A DNA stretch of 64,000 bases from an uncultured Eubacteriales bacterium (lineage in GTDB: Bacteria; Bacillota; Clostridia; Oscillospirales; Oscillospiraceae), in contig UQGU01000001.1 in assembly GCA_900540635.1 (NCBI GenBank), positions 79,312 to 143,311 of the forward strand, written 5' to 3'. The position numbers and the translations under genes are program-made. Position 1 is the first letter of the stretch. Each line of letters starts with the position of its first letter. Under the pieces are notes generated by a model that saw only the letters and a list, made by a program, of their open reading frames with translations, had not been told where the DNA came from and did not search any database. This document shows, piece after piece, positions 1 to 9,401 of the stretch.

Positions 1-751
1 CGTCCCGCCTGCTCCAAGGCAAGATTTGCAGCGGCGGCCCAGTTTTCCCGCCATAGAAGCAGCTGCTCCTCGCTGTTCCAACGCAGGGTAATGGGATTCT
101 GACGGCCATAGCGGCTGCTTTTGGGGTGCTTATCTGCACGGGCGAGGCCCCGTACCTCCGCTGCGGACGGAGCCATATAGACTTTCTTTTTGCCAATCTT
201 ATAGGGGTACTGTTTCTCCCATCCCTCTTTCTGGGCCTTCAAAAACTCGGCGGTGGTAAAGCCTCGCTCCTCACCATTGCGGACACAAAGATACTCTTTT
301 TCCGTCTTGTACTGCCATTGGCCTTTTTCATCCAACGGGCGTACCGTCAGAAGGATGTGGGCATGGGGATTGTGTCCGTCGGTATCGTGGATAGCCGCGT
401 CGGCACACATTCCATCAGCGACAAATTGCTCCTGTATAAATTCCTCTATCAGGGAAATCTGCTGTTCCTGATTTAATTCGATGGGTAAGGCCACAACAAG
501 CTCCCGTGCAAGGCGGCTGTCCTTTGCTTTTTCAGCTGCTTCCACCGCATTCCAGAGCTTTTCCCGGTCTTGCCATTCTGGGGGAGCCTGCGGCGGTAGG
601 AAAACCTGCTGCCACACAAGCCCCTGTTTCCGGGTGTAGTCATGCTGTATCCCGTCATAGTCGTTGTAAATCCGGGAACAGCTCAGATAGGCCGCCGCCG
701 CGGCAGCGGAGCGGCCAGCCCCACGGCTGACCACCTTTGCCTCCAAATGGT
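1..751 (-). CDS. MOBQ-family (MobA/MobL-type) relaxase, N-terminal ~250 aa. The gene continues past the window start. Probable TTG start at 751 preceded by GAGGTGA.
   Basis: Minus-strand translation reads (M)AIYHLEAKVVSRGAGRSAAAAAAYLSCSRIYNDYDG...WNAVEAAEKAKDSRLARELVVALPIELNQEQQI...AAIHDTDGHNPHAHILLTVRPLDEKGQWQ, with the HxDxxxHxH relaxase motif. It is absent from the ORF track because the frame has no in-window stop. Confidence 0.75.
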
Positions 752-1020
752 AGATTGCCAAAGCGTATCACCTCGTTCCCTTTTCTGTTTCTCTTTCGCA
801 AAAGAGAAAATGGACGGCACCCAAGCGCTGTCCATCTCTGCGACAAAGCTGCCGGTGGCAGGTTTTCGCAGGCAGCTGTCTGTACCGCTAACTCGGTGCG
901 GCACAGACAGCTGCGCAGACAATGACAGCAGCACGGCAAGTGCTGTGGCATTGTCTGTCGCTTTCCGCAGAAAGCGAAATCCCCCTCGGAGAGCGCGCGT
1001 TCCCGACCAACGGGAGGGAT

Positions 1021-1064
1021 ACCACCGCCTGCCTCTGGCAGGTGGTGAGTAAGTGCGCCCTTCG
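1021..1064 (+). other. Candidate oriT: imperfect inverted repeat followed by an RSF1010-like nick core
   Basis: caccgcctgcc-tct-ggcaggtggtg, then AGTAAGTGCGCCCT. The MOBQ nick consensus is GTAAGTGCG|CCCT. The site is divergent from the relaxase gene. Confidence 0.55.
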
Positions 1065-1109
1065 GGAAAAGAAAACGGCCTCCGGTTTCCCGGAGACCTT
1101 CTGAGTGCT

Positions 1110-1316
1110 TCAATCTTTTTGCGGTATTCTTCGTAATAGGTATTCCTCCAATGCTTGCAGCCCCATCGTTCGCACCTCCGGCAGCACCTTTTCCAGAATT
1201 GCCCCGGTCTGAATGAGCCTGCGTGTTCTTGCCTTTCGTTCTTTCACTCGGTTCCGTGCTTGAGCTTCCTCCAATCGGTGCTGGGCCTGCAAGAGCGCTT
1301 TTTCTGTATCTGTCAT
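1110..1316 (-). CDS. Small coiled-coil protein, possibly a relaxosome accessory. The real start is within the listed ORF.
   Basis: MTDTEKALLQAQHRLEEAQARNRVKERKARTRRLIQ..., 68 aa. It sits between the oriT and the rest of the element. A ctccgg-tttc-ccggag hairpin lies downstream. Confidence 0.5.
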   Translation of the reverse strand: MTDTEKALLQAQHRLEEAQARNRVKERKARTRRLIQTGAILEKVLPEVRTMGLQALEEYLLRRIPQKD

Positions 1317-1486
1317 AGTGGTAAAATTCTCCTTTCTGATAGTAAAAAACCGCCTGATACCGGAAAATGGTATCAAACGGCGGAAAATATAATAGTAGAT
1401 TTTCCTTTGCTTTGGAAACTGATAGAAAAATATCTGTTTTCCTATTCTCATTGATGGCAAAATCTCTGAAATTGATATTAAAAAGA

Positions 1487-1518
1487 GCAAGGGTGTCGCA
1501 TTTCACGACACCCTTGCA
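1487..1518. repeat. Hairpin repeat copy 1 (GCAAGGGTGTCG-catttca-CGACACCCTTGC)
   Basis: Perfect 12-bp stem. One of four copies in the window. Confidence 0.8.
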
Positions 1519-1560
1519 GGCATTCTAATACCAAACTGACGGGAAATGCCATCACCGTGG

Positions 1561-2295
1561 TCATCTCTCCATTTCCCGTTTCTTCTCTCTGGGCAACACT
1601 TCTTTTACATAAGCTCTTACAGTACGGTAAATCTCCTCAAAAGGCGGCTTTGTTACATCTCCTGTGAAGCGAAACTTTTCATAGGAATGCTTTAACTCGT
1701 CCTGCCTATGCAGAAAACCACTGAATGTATCCAGCTTTCTGCCGCTGTTTTCAAGTGTCCGGGTAATCTCGTCCTTGTCAAATGGAAATACCTTTGAAAT
1801 GTAGTATAGATCGACAACATCTTTGATCCTGCGGAACACCTTGTCCGTCGAGATTGCGGATAGCTTGTCCGCAATCATTTGGGAGGGAGAAACACCGCAA
1901 AAGCGAACGCCGTCCACCTCGTAAATCCTGGTCGGGGGTACAGGCCTGTTTACGTCCATATCCATAGTAAACAGAACTTCGTCTGTATCCTTGTCAATCA
2001 GCTCAAATCCGGCAGAGCGCCCTTCTCCGTACATCCAATAGAGACCAACTTCCAAATCAAGGCCACTTTTCTGGATTGCTTTTTCAAGAGATTCCACCAT
2101 CTGTGGCCCCGTTGGCGGCGTTGCAGAATACCAGTTTGCGTCAATATCTACCGTGTGCCGGGTTTCATCCGCATATCCAGCTTCCATCAGGCAGGCTTTC
2201 AAAACCATGGACCCCTTAAAATTGACCGGAATGCCGCTGTCATAGATGGCTTTCATAACTGCGTACATCAGCTTTTCTTCCGCTGTCAGATTCAT
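1561..2295 (-). CDS. AbiEii/DUF1814-like nucleotidyltransferase-fold protein; putative type IV toxin or abortive-infection effector
   Basis: 244 aa. Minimal NTase motifs FKGSMVL (hG[GS]) and RHTVDIDANW (DxD). It starts 12 nt after the stop of an upstream HTH gene. Confidence 0.5.
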   Translation of the reverse strand: MNLTAEEKLMYAVMKAIYDSGIPVNFKGSMVLKACLMEAGYADETRHTVDIDANWYSATPPTGPQMVESLEKAIQKSGLDLEVGLYWMYGEGRSAGFELIDKDTDEVLFTMDMDVNRPVPPTRIYEVDGVRFCGVSPSQMIADKLSAISTDKVFRRIKDVVDLYYISKVFPFDKDEITRTLENSGRKLDTFSGFLHRQDELKHSYEKFRFTGDVTKPPFEEIYRTVRAYVKEVLPREKKREMER

Positions 2296-2306
2296 AAAAT
2301 TACCCC

Positions 2307-2957
2307 TTAACTGTCGTAATATGCAATTGCGTCCTGTGCCAGTCGTTCAAACCGCTTTTGATATTCGGGAGGAACGAAGATTCCCTCAAAGCTGTCGCCG
2401 TGCGCATAGTAGTACCGGCTGACAGCCTCCGTAATCCCCTGCATGTCCAGAATGGACTCGTTGGCAAGCGCGTCCGAGAGCGTCCGGTTGAAGCTCGTAA
2501 AGGAGAGGCCATTCTTGTTCTGGACATCGATGGGGCTGATCTGATTTCCCAGAACGGCAACACCGTTGAATTTCGTTACGCTGTCTGCTCCGTACACCCA
2601 GACCAGGTATTCATCGCTGCGACCACCAAAGCCGCCCTGGCACATCAGTGCTTCATCCAACGCGAATACAACCGGCTGGTCGATACAATCACGGACAGCC
2701 CGAAGCCAGGAAAAGGCTCCCACATAATCACGCCGCTTGGGAAGATCACGCTTCTGTGGGTCATATTGCGGCAGCACCCTTGTTTTTCTGTTTATCAAAT
2801 CCTCGCGGATACGATGTTCCAGCAGGTTTATCATATATTCCGGCGGCTTGCGCACGCCTGTTTCCCAATTCTGGACAGTACGGAACGGGATTTTGTACCG
2901 TGCGGCAAATTCGCTCTGGGTATCGCCCAGCTGCATCCGCATTCCCCGAATATCCAT
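2307..2957 (-). CDS. XRE-type HTH protein with a C-terminal domain; putative antitoxin/regulator partner of the NTase
   Basis: The HTH reads MRMQLGDTQSEFAARYKIPFRTVQNWETG. An AGGGAGGTGA RBS precedes the ATG at 2957. The palindrome atacactca-a-tgagtgtat overlaps its promoter. Confidence 0.55.
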   Translation of the reverse strand: MDIRGMRMQLGDTQSEFAARYKIPFRTVQNWETGVRKPPEYMINLLEHRIREDLINRKTRVLPQYDPQKRDLPKRRDYVGAFSWLRAVRDCIDQPVVFALDEALMCQGGFGGRSDEYLVWVYGADSVTKFNGVAVLGNQISPIDVQNKNGLSFTSFNRTLSDALANESILDMQGITEAVSRYYYAHGDSFEGIFVPPEYQKRFERLAQDAIAYYDS

Positions 2958-3046
2958 ATCGATCACCTCCCTTATATAATACACTCATTGAGTGTATTTA
3001 TCAAGTGCTTTTTGTAGGGAAAATACTTCCGGTGGAGTTCAATGCC

Positions 3047-3078
3047 GCAAGGGTATCGCATCTCACAACACCCTTGCA
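3047..3078. repeat. Hairpin repeat copy 2 (gcaagggtatcg-catctca-caacacccttgc)
   Basis: Same family as copy 1, two stem mismatches. With copy 1 it brackets the NTase-HTH cassette in direct orientation. Confidence 0.75.
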
Positions 3079-3112
3079 GGTGTTTTGTTATCAAACCGAG
3101 TATTAACTGGTA

Positions 3113-3502
3113 TTAAAAGCTCCCAACAAAATCCAGCGCCGCGTCCCAGTCTGTACTGTTGTTGGCCTCAACCTCCTCCTTTGTAGGAGCGGATGGCGCA
3201 CCTTGCGTCCCCTGCAACAGTTGGAGCAGAGCAGCCAATCCGGGGGCTGGGGTAGGTTGTTGGGCAGCCCGGATGGTGTCAATTACCCGCTGAAGAAACG
3301 CGTCCTCCTTCTTGCGGGTTTCCAGATAGGGGTCAGCTTCCAACTGTTCCTGCCTGGAAAAGTAGGCGTTGACGGCGGCAATCACGGCGCTGTTCACGGA
3401 ACGGTACTTCTTCCGATCCAGCCGCCGCAAATGCTCCATAGCTTCCCGGTCAGCCTCATTTTCCAGATTCAGCCGCAGGGTGGTCGTGTAGAGCCGCTTC
3501 AT
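3113..3502 (-). CDS. ParR-like ribbon-helix-helix partition adaptor
   Basis: 129 aa. N-terminus MKRLYTTTLRLNLENEADREAMEHLRRL. Immediately downstream of the ParM-like gene; the 4-bp overlap is read from the ORF-track coordinates. Confidence 0.5.
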   Translation of the reverse strand: MKRLYTTTLRLNLENEADREAMEHLRRLDRKKYRSVNSAVIAAVNAYFSRQEQLEADPYLETRKKEDAFLQRVIDTIRAAQQPTPAPGLAALLQLLQGTQGAPSAPTKEEVEANNSTDWDAALDFVGSF

Positions 3503-4423
3503 ACAATTCCGCCCTCCTTCTGGATTCTGCGGGTGGTCATCTGCTCATATCCCTTGGCCGTGGCGCAAATATCGTCATTGAAGAACACCCGCCCCTTTTC
3601 GTATTTGCCGAAGTTCCGCACCAGACAGCCACCGCCGCCCAGCACATACAGGCGCATCAGCTCCGGGTCATACTCATGCTCCCGAAGCCTGCGGAAAATA
3701 CCGTCCACATATTCGGAAGCCGTCTGTCGGATGGAGTTCAGATACCTGGGCGCAATGTCCGCGGTTCCTTCCCGCAGTACACGCTCGATGGTCGCGTCAT
3801 TCAGCGCTTTGCCAAACTGCCGCAGAATGGTCTCCCGGACAGCCAGCATACACTGGTGGGTGCCGAACTTCTCCGTATAGCAGTTACTCAATACAGGCCG
3901 GAACTCGTTGATATACATGATATTCATAGTCCCATTACCAATGTCGCAGAGCATATTGGTTCCGGGGAATGCCCGTAGATTAGCCGCAACGGCGGCGAAG
4001 CCCTGCGGATAAATGTCAGCACCTGCAAACGCCACATGATAATCCGTGTCCTGATAGGTGAAATCCACGCTCTCGTTGTGCAGGAGATACGCCCGGAAGC
4101 TGTCTTTCTGCTCGCCGACCCATGTCAGAGGCAGGCCCACGGCCAGATAGACCTTGGCAGCGGTCAGTCGCCGGAGGCTCAGCTCCTTGGCAATGGCCGC
4201 CAGAGTCAGCACATAGTAGTCGCCGTCCATCATCTTGTCAGCGGTGAACTCCTTGTGCCCCTCGCCAATGGTGTAGAAATGACCGTCGTAGATAAGCAGG
4301 TCGTTGTGGAATGTTGGTTCTTTCTCGTAGGTTGTTACGCCGGTAGGAAAGCAGGTGTGGGCGCTTTTGATATTGCCGTAGCCGTGGTCAATTCCGAGAA
4401 TGATTGTGTTGTTGTTCATAAAT
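3499..4423 (-). CDS. parM: ParM/StbA-family actin-like segregation ATPase
   Basis: N-terminus MNNNTIILGIDHGYGNIKS with an AAAGGAA RBS. Actin-fold motifs DIGNGTMN and LGGGG are present. Confidence 0.75.
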
Positions 4424-4513
4424 AAAGATTCCTTTCTGCCGCTTTGCGGACTTAAAAATGATTTTGGGTACAAAAAAGCGGCCTGCCTGGTTAGGAGCAA
4501 GCCGCAAACAAAC

Positions 4514-6439
4514 TTATGCACTTTCTGGGATACTTGGTACATTGGTTTTCTTTCGATTCTGTGAATAGAATTTCTGCCGACAGCCGGAACTGCAATACTT
4601 GGCATCGATGCGTTTCGCCGCAAATACCTTCCCACAGCATTGGCAAGTCATTGTGTATGGAGGATTGAGTTCCCCAGCCAGAATACGTGTCTTCTGACGC
4701 AAATATCGCTTTTGGTTAGCACGGTGTTTCTTTTTCCGGAGTTCTTCTTTTGAAATTTCCTCCGGTGTTGGATCAGGTACAGGAACCTCAAACTGTCCAA
4801 TAAACCTGAAATAAATGTCAACCTCCTGGACACGTTCGCCGCTGCTCTTGTCCGGTGCGTGAACAAGTATCTTGTCCACAAATTCATGGAGCATGGCGGG
4901 AGTAAGCTCGGAGAAGTCCGTATATTTCTTTGCCAATGCCAAAAATTGATCTGCTCGCTCCGTGTCATCCTGAAATTGATCCAAATTCGTTTGATCTGCT
5001 GTCAAAATCTGTTCCAGCTCCGCCTGCTCCTTCTCGTACTCGCCGGACAACAAGTCAAAACGCTTTTCCTCTAATTTACCCATTGCATAAGTCTCATAGA
5101 GCTTTTTGATCAATATATCCAGTTCCGCAATTCGTTTCTGGGCTTTGGCAATTTTGCGCTTCAATTCTTTTGCGGCCTCCTGCTGCTGAATTTGGGAGAC
5201 ACTGCGAACTTTCTGGATGAAATCTTCCCGATTCTGAATGGCATAGGCCGCAGTCAGACGTATGGCATCCAGTAACAGAGTATTGAGCGCCCTGGTACTG
5301 ATGCTGTGGGAAAAGCACTTCTGATTAACCCGTTCCCGATCCAATTCGTAGGTAGAGCAATTGTAGGTGTCTCCGGCATAAGTCCTGCCATTGACGGTGT
5401 GCTTTCCTCGGCGGTTGTACATTTTCGCGCCGCAGTCCGCACAGAATACCAGACCTGTCAGCGGGTTGGCAACGCCGGTTGTGTCTGTCCTGCGAACGGT
5501 CTGCCTGGTTCGCTGGGCCAGCTGCCAGGTCTCCGAATCGATGATCGGCTCATGGGTGTTTTCAAAAATCAGCCAGTCCTCCGGATCATTTGCCACACGC
5601 TTGTCCCGATAGGATTTTGCGTAAGTGCGGAAATTTACCGTGTGCCCCATATACTCCGGCTTGGATAAAATGGCTGTAACGGTATTCCCGTACCAGTCGT
5701 ATGGAGGGTACGGGTTTTCGTTTTCTGCTGTACCGCCCTCCCGAAGAAGCCTCAGTTTGGCATGGTGGTATCCGGGGCACTCAGCCTTTCCGTCCCGCAG
5801 TATTTTGGCAATTTCGTAAGCACCGTGACCCTCAATAGAGAGCTGGAAGATTCTGCGTACAACTGCCGCCGCTTCCGCGTCTACGATCCAGTGATCCTTG
5901 TTGGCGGGATCTTTTTGATAGCCGTACAAGGGACGGTTTGTGATTGGCTTCCCGGACTTTCCCTTGATGGCATAGGCCGCCTTTACTTTCTTGGACTGAT
6001 CCCGAAGATACCACTCGTTCATGATATTCATAAACGGGGCAAACTCGCTGGTCTCCTGGATGTCGCTGTCGATGTTATTCGCCACAGCAACAAAATGAAC
6101 CCCATACTGCCGGAACATTACCTCTGTGTAGAATCCTGTTTGCAGATAGTTTCTGCCGATTCTGCTCATGTCCTTGCACAGCAGGTGGGCAACCTTGCCC
6201 GCCTCAATGTCGGCCACCAGCTTTTTCCAGCCGGGCCGCTCAAAATTGCCGCCGGACCACCCATCGTCCGTGTAGTGGACGATATTGGTGTAGCCCCGCT
6301 GCTGTGCATAGGATTCCAGGTAACGCTTTTGGTTCAGAATGGAGTTCGAGTCTCCCGCAATATCATCGTCACGGGAAAGCCGCTCATAGAGAGCGGTGAT
6401 TTTTTGTTCTTCCGTCTGTCTGGCTGCCATATCAGGCAC
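4514..6439 (-). CDS. Large serine recombinase (TnpX/TndX-like)
   Basis: 641 aa. Resolvase catalytic N-terminus (YERLSRDDD...SGGNFERPGW), recombinase domain, coiled coil, and a C-terminal Cys motif. Confidence 0.9.
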   Translation of the reverse strand: MPDMAARQTEEQKITALYERLSRDDDIAGDSNSILNQKRYLESYAQQRGYTNIVHYTDDGWSGGNFERPGWKKLVADIEAGKVAHLLCKDMSRIGRNYLQTGFYTEVMFRQYGVHFVAVANNIDSDIQETSEFAPFMNIMNEWYLRDQSKKVKAAYAIKGKSGKPITNRPLYGYQKDPANKDHWIVDAEAAAVVRRIFQLSIEGHGAYEIAKILRDGKAECPGYHHAKLRLLREGGTAENENPYPPYDWYGNTVTAILSKPEYMGHTVNFRTYAKSYRDKRVANDPEDWLIFENTHEPIIDSETWQLAQRTRQTVRRTDTTGVANPLTGLVFCADCGAKMYNRRGKHTVNGRTYAGDTYNCSTYELDRERVNQKCFSHSISTRALNTLLLDAIRLTAAYAIQNREDFIQKVRSVSQIQQQEAAKELKRKIAKAQKRIAELDILIKKLYETYAMGKLEEKRFDLLSGEYEKEQAELEQILTADQTNLDQFQDDTERADQFLALAKKYTDFSELTPAMLHEFVDKILVHAPDKSSGERVQEVDIYFRFIGQFEVPVPDPTPEEISKEELRKKKHRANQKRYLRQKTRILAGELNPPYTMTCQCCGKVFAAKRIDAKYCSSGCRQKFYSQNRKKTNVPSIPESA

Positions 6440-6644
6440 TCCTTTCAGACTGACGGCTCATTCGTGGTACACCCAGTATACCACAGTCCGGGCCATTTGT
6501 CATCCCATCATTGCGGATTAACCGCAGAATTTTATCTTCCATGGTTTCCTCAGCGGTTTCGCTGAGATGGACACGCACCCGGTAGGTGGTGTGTCCGATG
6601 TGTCGGGTTAAAAATACGTTGTTGTTTTCTGTCATAGACCTCAC
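6432..6644 (-). CDS. Small hypothetical protein that overlaps the recombinase start by 8 nt; possible directionality or regulatory factor
   Basis: 70-aa ORF MTENNNVFLTRHIGHTTYRVRVHL..., translationally coupled to the recombinase. Confidence 0.35.
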   Translation of the reverse strand: MRSMTENNNVFLTRHIGHTTYRVRVHLSETAEETMEDKILRLIRNDGMTNGPDCGILGVPRMSRQSERSA

Positions 6645-6775
6645 TTTCTCCGCGCCTTAAACGCGGCTGTGAAAATGCTTTTATATTTCTCTTTTTGCAG
6701 CTGTGAAAATTTGTCTGGCTACCCATATCGCATTCGCATAAATGATTCCTCCTTTTTTGAATGCCAGCTTAGCAG

Positions 6776-6801
6776 TAACCCGGATAACCGTATCCGGATT
6801 A
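6776..6801. repeat. Imperfect palindrome taacccggata-accg-tatccggatta in the AT-rich junction
   Basis: 10-bp arms (9 of 10 matched) around a 4-bp core, ~340 bp upstream of the recombinase gene. Confidence 0.5.
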
Positions 6802-6930
6802 CCGCTTTCACTGGTAGGAGAATTACGGTATGTAAATCGGAACCATTTGCGGGAAAAGTGATGTTAACTTTTTATGAATGGGAGGAGGAATAGTAGCAGC
6901 CGCGCTCCAAAGTCGTATCACAGAAAATTG

Positions 6931-6959
6931 TTGACACGAACATATGTTCTTATTATAAT
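6931..6959 (+). promoter_or_regulatory. Sigma-70-type promoter: TTGACA, 17-nt spacer, TATAAT
   Basis: ttgaca-cgaacatatgttcttat-tataat, 33 nt upstream of the ATG at 6993. Confidence 0.55.
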
Positions 6960-6992
6960 AAAAGAACAGTATATACCCTGTGAGGTAACGCC

Positions 6993-7853
6993 ATGGCAAA
7001 GATGTGGTATGAGGAATGGCCGTCCGAGGATTTCTTTGACAGCCAGGAAGAAATTGACCCGGCAGAAGATATTTCAGAAAATGAAACATTGGGAAACGCA
7101 ATCTCCCAGGAGCGGCGGGCAGAGTTTGAGCAGTCCTTGGTGCAGGACGAGCATCCCAGGGACTATGACTCGGAGTTGGAGGACGAGATTGAGGAAGCGG
7201 CACCCACCAGTGACAAACGGCTGAAACGGGAAATCAAAGCCGAGGCGCTTCGGCGGTTGGAGGAGGCCGCCAGAACCGAGGCGGATTTCCAAGCGGTGAT
7301 TAACCAGTGGGACAAGCTGGATCAGAACCGGGAGCGCCGGGAGCGGGATCATGAAAACCTCCGAGGGGATGTACCCCTAGAGTACCAGACCATTCCCAAT
7401 CCTTCCATTGCGCCGATATGGATGAACGATCCCGCGTTCCGGCAGCTCTGCCATGGCAACTACCTGGACATTCTCTTTGACTGCCCCCATGAGCTGCACA
7501 ATCTGGCGGGGAATCCCTTTATCTCCGAGTTGCTGCGGAATTTGAACGAGGACCAGCAGGAAATCCTGTATTTTCTGTTCGTGCGCCTGTACAGCACCAC
7601 CCGCCTCGCGGAAATGCGGCACCAGTCGGACCGGAACATCCGCAAACAGCGGAAAAAAATCTGCGCCAAGCTCCAAAAGCGGATGTATGACCATCTGATC
7701 GGCAGCCAACGCCTGACAAAGCGGGAACGGACATTTCTGGAAGAATACGAAAAGGCCGTCAGGGAGCAGGGTAAAAATGCGGCTATTCCGAGAGAAAACA
7801 AGACAAAGCCCAGGCAGGAAAAGGCAGCCCTTGACGAGGCCAAGAGCAGCTGA
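6993..7853 (+). CDS. Hypothetical acidic protein with a C-terminal sigma-70 region-4-like HTH
   Basis: 286 aa. D/E-rich N-terminus. The C-terminus RLAEMRHQSDRNIRKQRKKICAKLQKRM resembles region 4. Confidence 0.45.
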   Translation: MAKMWYEEWPSEDFFDSQEEIDPAEDISENETLGNAISQERRAEFEQSLVQDEHPRDYDSELEDEIEEAAPTSDKRLKREIKAEALRRLEEAARTEADFQAVINQWDKLDQNRERRERDHENLRGDVPLEYQTIPNPSIAPIWMNDPAFRQLCHGNYLDILFDCPHELHNLAGNPFISELLRNLNEDQQEILYFLFVRLYSTTRLAEMRHQSDRNIRKQRKKICAKLQKRMYDHLIGSQRLTKRERTFLEEYEKAVREQGKNAAIPRENKTKPRQEKAALDEAKSS

Positions 7854-7905
7854 TACTATGGTAATATAATTCGGTAAAACAGATTACCGTTTAAGAGGAA
7901 TCACT

Positions 7906-8808
7906 ATGAAGAACATTTTTGAAAACTCCCGCTCCTGCTGGGTGCGGTATGACCGCTATGAGCTGAAAACGGCATCGAACGGCGAGCGTTATATTACACC
8001 CGGCAAAAATGCAAAGCCGAGCGTATATAACCCGCTGAAAGAAGCTCCCGGCATTGTCCTGGACGCTCTGAATGTGGGAATGCTGATGATGGGGCAGAAG
8101 CCCACTGCCGAGGTGGAAAAGGCCATTCTGCAATTCATCACCCACTACGGCCTTTTGGGCTTTCTGACCGCCCTGCCCACTACACCGTCCTTTATGGAGT
8201 ATGAGGCTGTCTACCTCCCGAAGAACCACTTTATCAAAGCGGAGACGATGTCCACAGAGGACTATCTGTCCCTGTTCTTTCCCTTTGAAAAGCTGGATGT
8301 GGTCAAGCGGGGCGTGGAATCCTGTTGGAGCGTTTCCGGAGACCGCATGATGATGGCCCTGACCATGACGTTCAGCGACGAGCCAATGGCAAAGAATATG
8401 AGCTTCCGACGCCAGTACGCGGAGCCATATGATTGGGTGGCCCAGCAGCTCAAGGATTGGGCCTTCAACCTGTCCACGTCGTTCTTCTACTACAACGACC
8501 CTCTGGACGATGACAGCAAACAGCTTCTCCGGCAATCCATGAAAGCGTTCGGCGGCATCGCGCCCACCTACCATATTGAGCTACTGGACAAGCCCACGCT
8601 TTTCTGGGACTTCCATTCTCTGCTGTTGGGGATTCAAATGATGTTCAGCTTTATGCTGGTAGACGATGCCAAACCGCTAAAGTTATGTAAACAGTGCCAG
8701 CGGGTATTCCTAAGTAACCGTTATAATGCGGAGTTTTGCAGCCCCAGATGTAAGAATCAGTATAACGTGTACAAATCTCGGTCCAAAAGCAAGGAGTCCG
8801 AGGAATAA
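7906..8808 (+). CDS. Hypothetical protein with a C-terminal Cys4 zinc-ribbon
   Basis: 300 aa, ending CKQCQRVFLSNRYNAEFCSPRCKNQYNVYKSR. Confidence 0.5.
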   Translation: MKNIFENSRSCWVRYDRYELKTASNGERYITPGKNAKPSVYNPLKEAPGIVLDALNVGMLMMGQKPTAEVEKAILQFITHYGLLGFLTALPTTPSFMEYEAVYLPKNHFIKAETMSTEDYLSLFFPFEKLDVVKRGVESCWSVSGDRMMMALTMTFSDEPMAKNMSFRRQYAEPYDWVAQQLKDWAFNLSTSFFYYNDPLDDDSKQLLRQSMKAFGGIAPTYHIELLDKPTLFWDFHSLLLGIQMMFSFMLVDDAKPLKLCKQCQRVFLSNRYNAEFCSPRCKNQYNVYKSRSKSKESEE

Positions 8809-8863
8809 CTTCAAAAAGCCCTCACAGCAGCCACAAGCAGCATACTGTGAGGGCCAGCCTCAT

Positions 8864-9214
8864 TTATTCGTAGACAAATTCTCTCAAAATGACTTCTTCC
8901 GTACGGCTGCGAATGGAATTGCACCGCCGTACCCATTCCATTTGGTCAGCAGCCTTGAGCGCTTCCGTGATACCCTCTTGGGCCATCATGGCCTTTTCCA
9001 TAATCTCTAGCTGTTCTTGACAGGCCGTTTCGACTTCCTCAAGGTGGGGTAGAAGCCGCTCCGTGGCCAATAGCAGATTATACACGGCAGGCCGGTGCTC
9101 TTTCAGATACGTCCTCCGAAGCCAGCCGTATTTCCCGATGTTATACTCCTTTGTGTCACTCAGCGTAAGATTCGGGATGTGATAATCCCCGCATTTTCTG
9201 TAAGTTAGTTCCAT
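8864..9214 (-). CDS. TnpV-like small transposon-associated protein
   Basis: 116 aa. N-terminus MELTYRKCGDYHIPNLTLSD resembles the TnpV family, recalled from memory and not searched. Confidence 0.45.
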   Translation of the reverse strand: MELTYRKCGDYHIPNLTLSDTKEYNIGKYGWLRRTYLKEHRPAVYNLLLATERLLPHLEEVETACQEQLEIMEKAMMAQEGITEALKAADQMEWVRRCNSIRSRTEEVILREFVYE

Positions 9215-9317
9215 AGCGTACTTCTTTGTGTGAATGTGTGTTGACAGCTATAAATCAGGTCTGGAAGCATTCCTCCCTCATCATAACTGTTTTCCATTCA
9301 CCACAAATGAGCCGCAG

Positions 9318-9367
9318 TCATGATGTAATTCTTGGTGGAAACCACCCTTTATAAATTACATCATGAC
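9318..9367. repeat. Nested palindromes: tcatgatgtaatt ... ggtggaaaccacc ... aattacatcatga
   Basis: A perfect 13-bp inverted repeat enclosing a 5-bp-stem palindrome. Intergenic, in the GC transition zone. Confidence 0.7.
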
Positions 9368-9401
9368 AGAAAATACATCTCAGGCTGCAAGTGTGCGAGT
9401 T

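Larger units (their letters stand above)
1..6801. mobile_element. Integrated mobilizable element: relaxase, oriT, NTase cassette, ParMR and serine recombinase. It may extend to ~9.5 kb on GC-content grounds.
   Basis: Gene content, GC lower than the flanking chromosome, and an AT-rich junction after the recombinase gene. Confidence 0.5.

Noticed and set aside
655-1506. 283-aa minus-strand ORF spanning the relaxase upstream region
   Set aside because: The translation is low-complexity with no motifs. It lies across the oriT region and overlaps the real small gene at 1110-1316 in another frame. The true relaxase is in a different frame running off the window.
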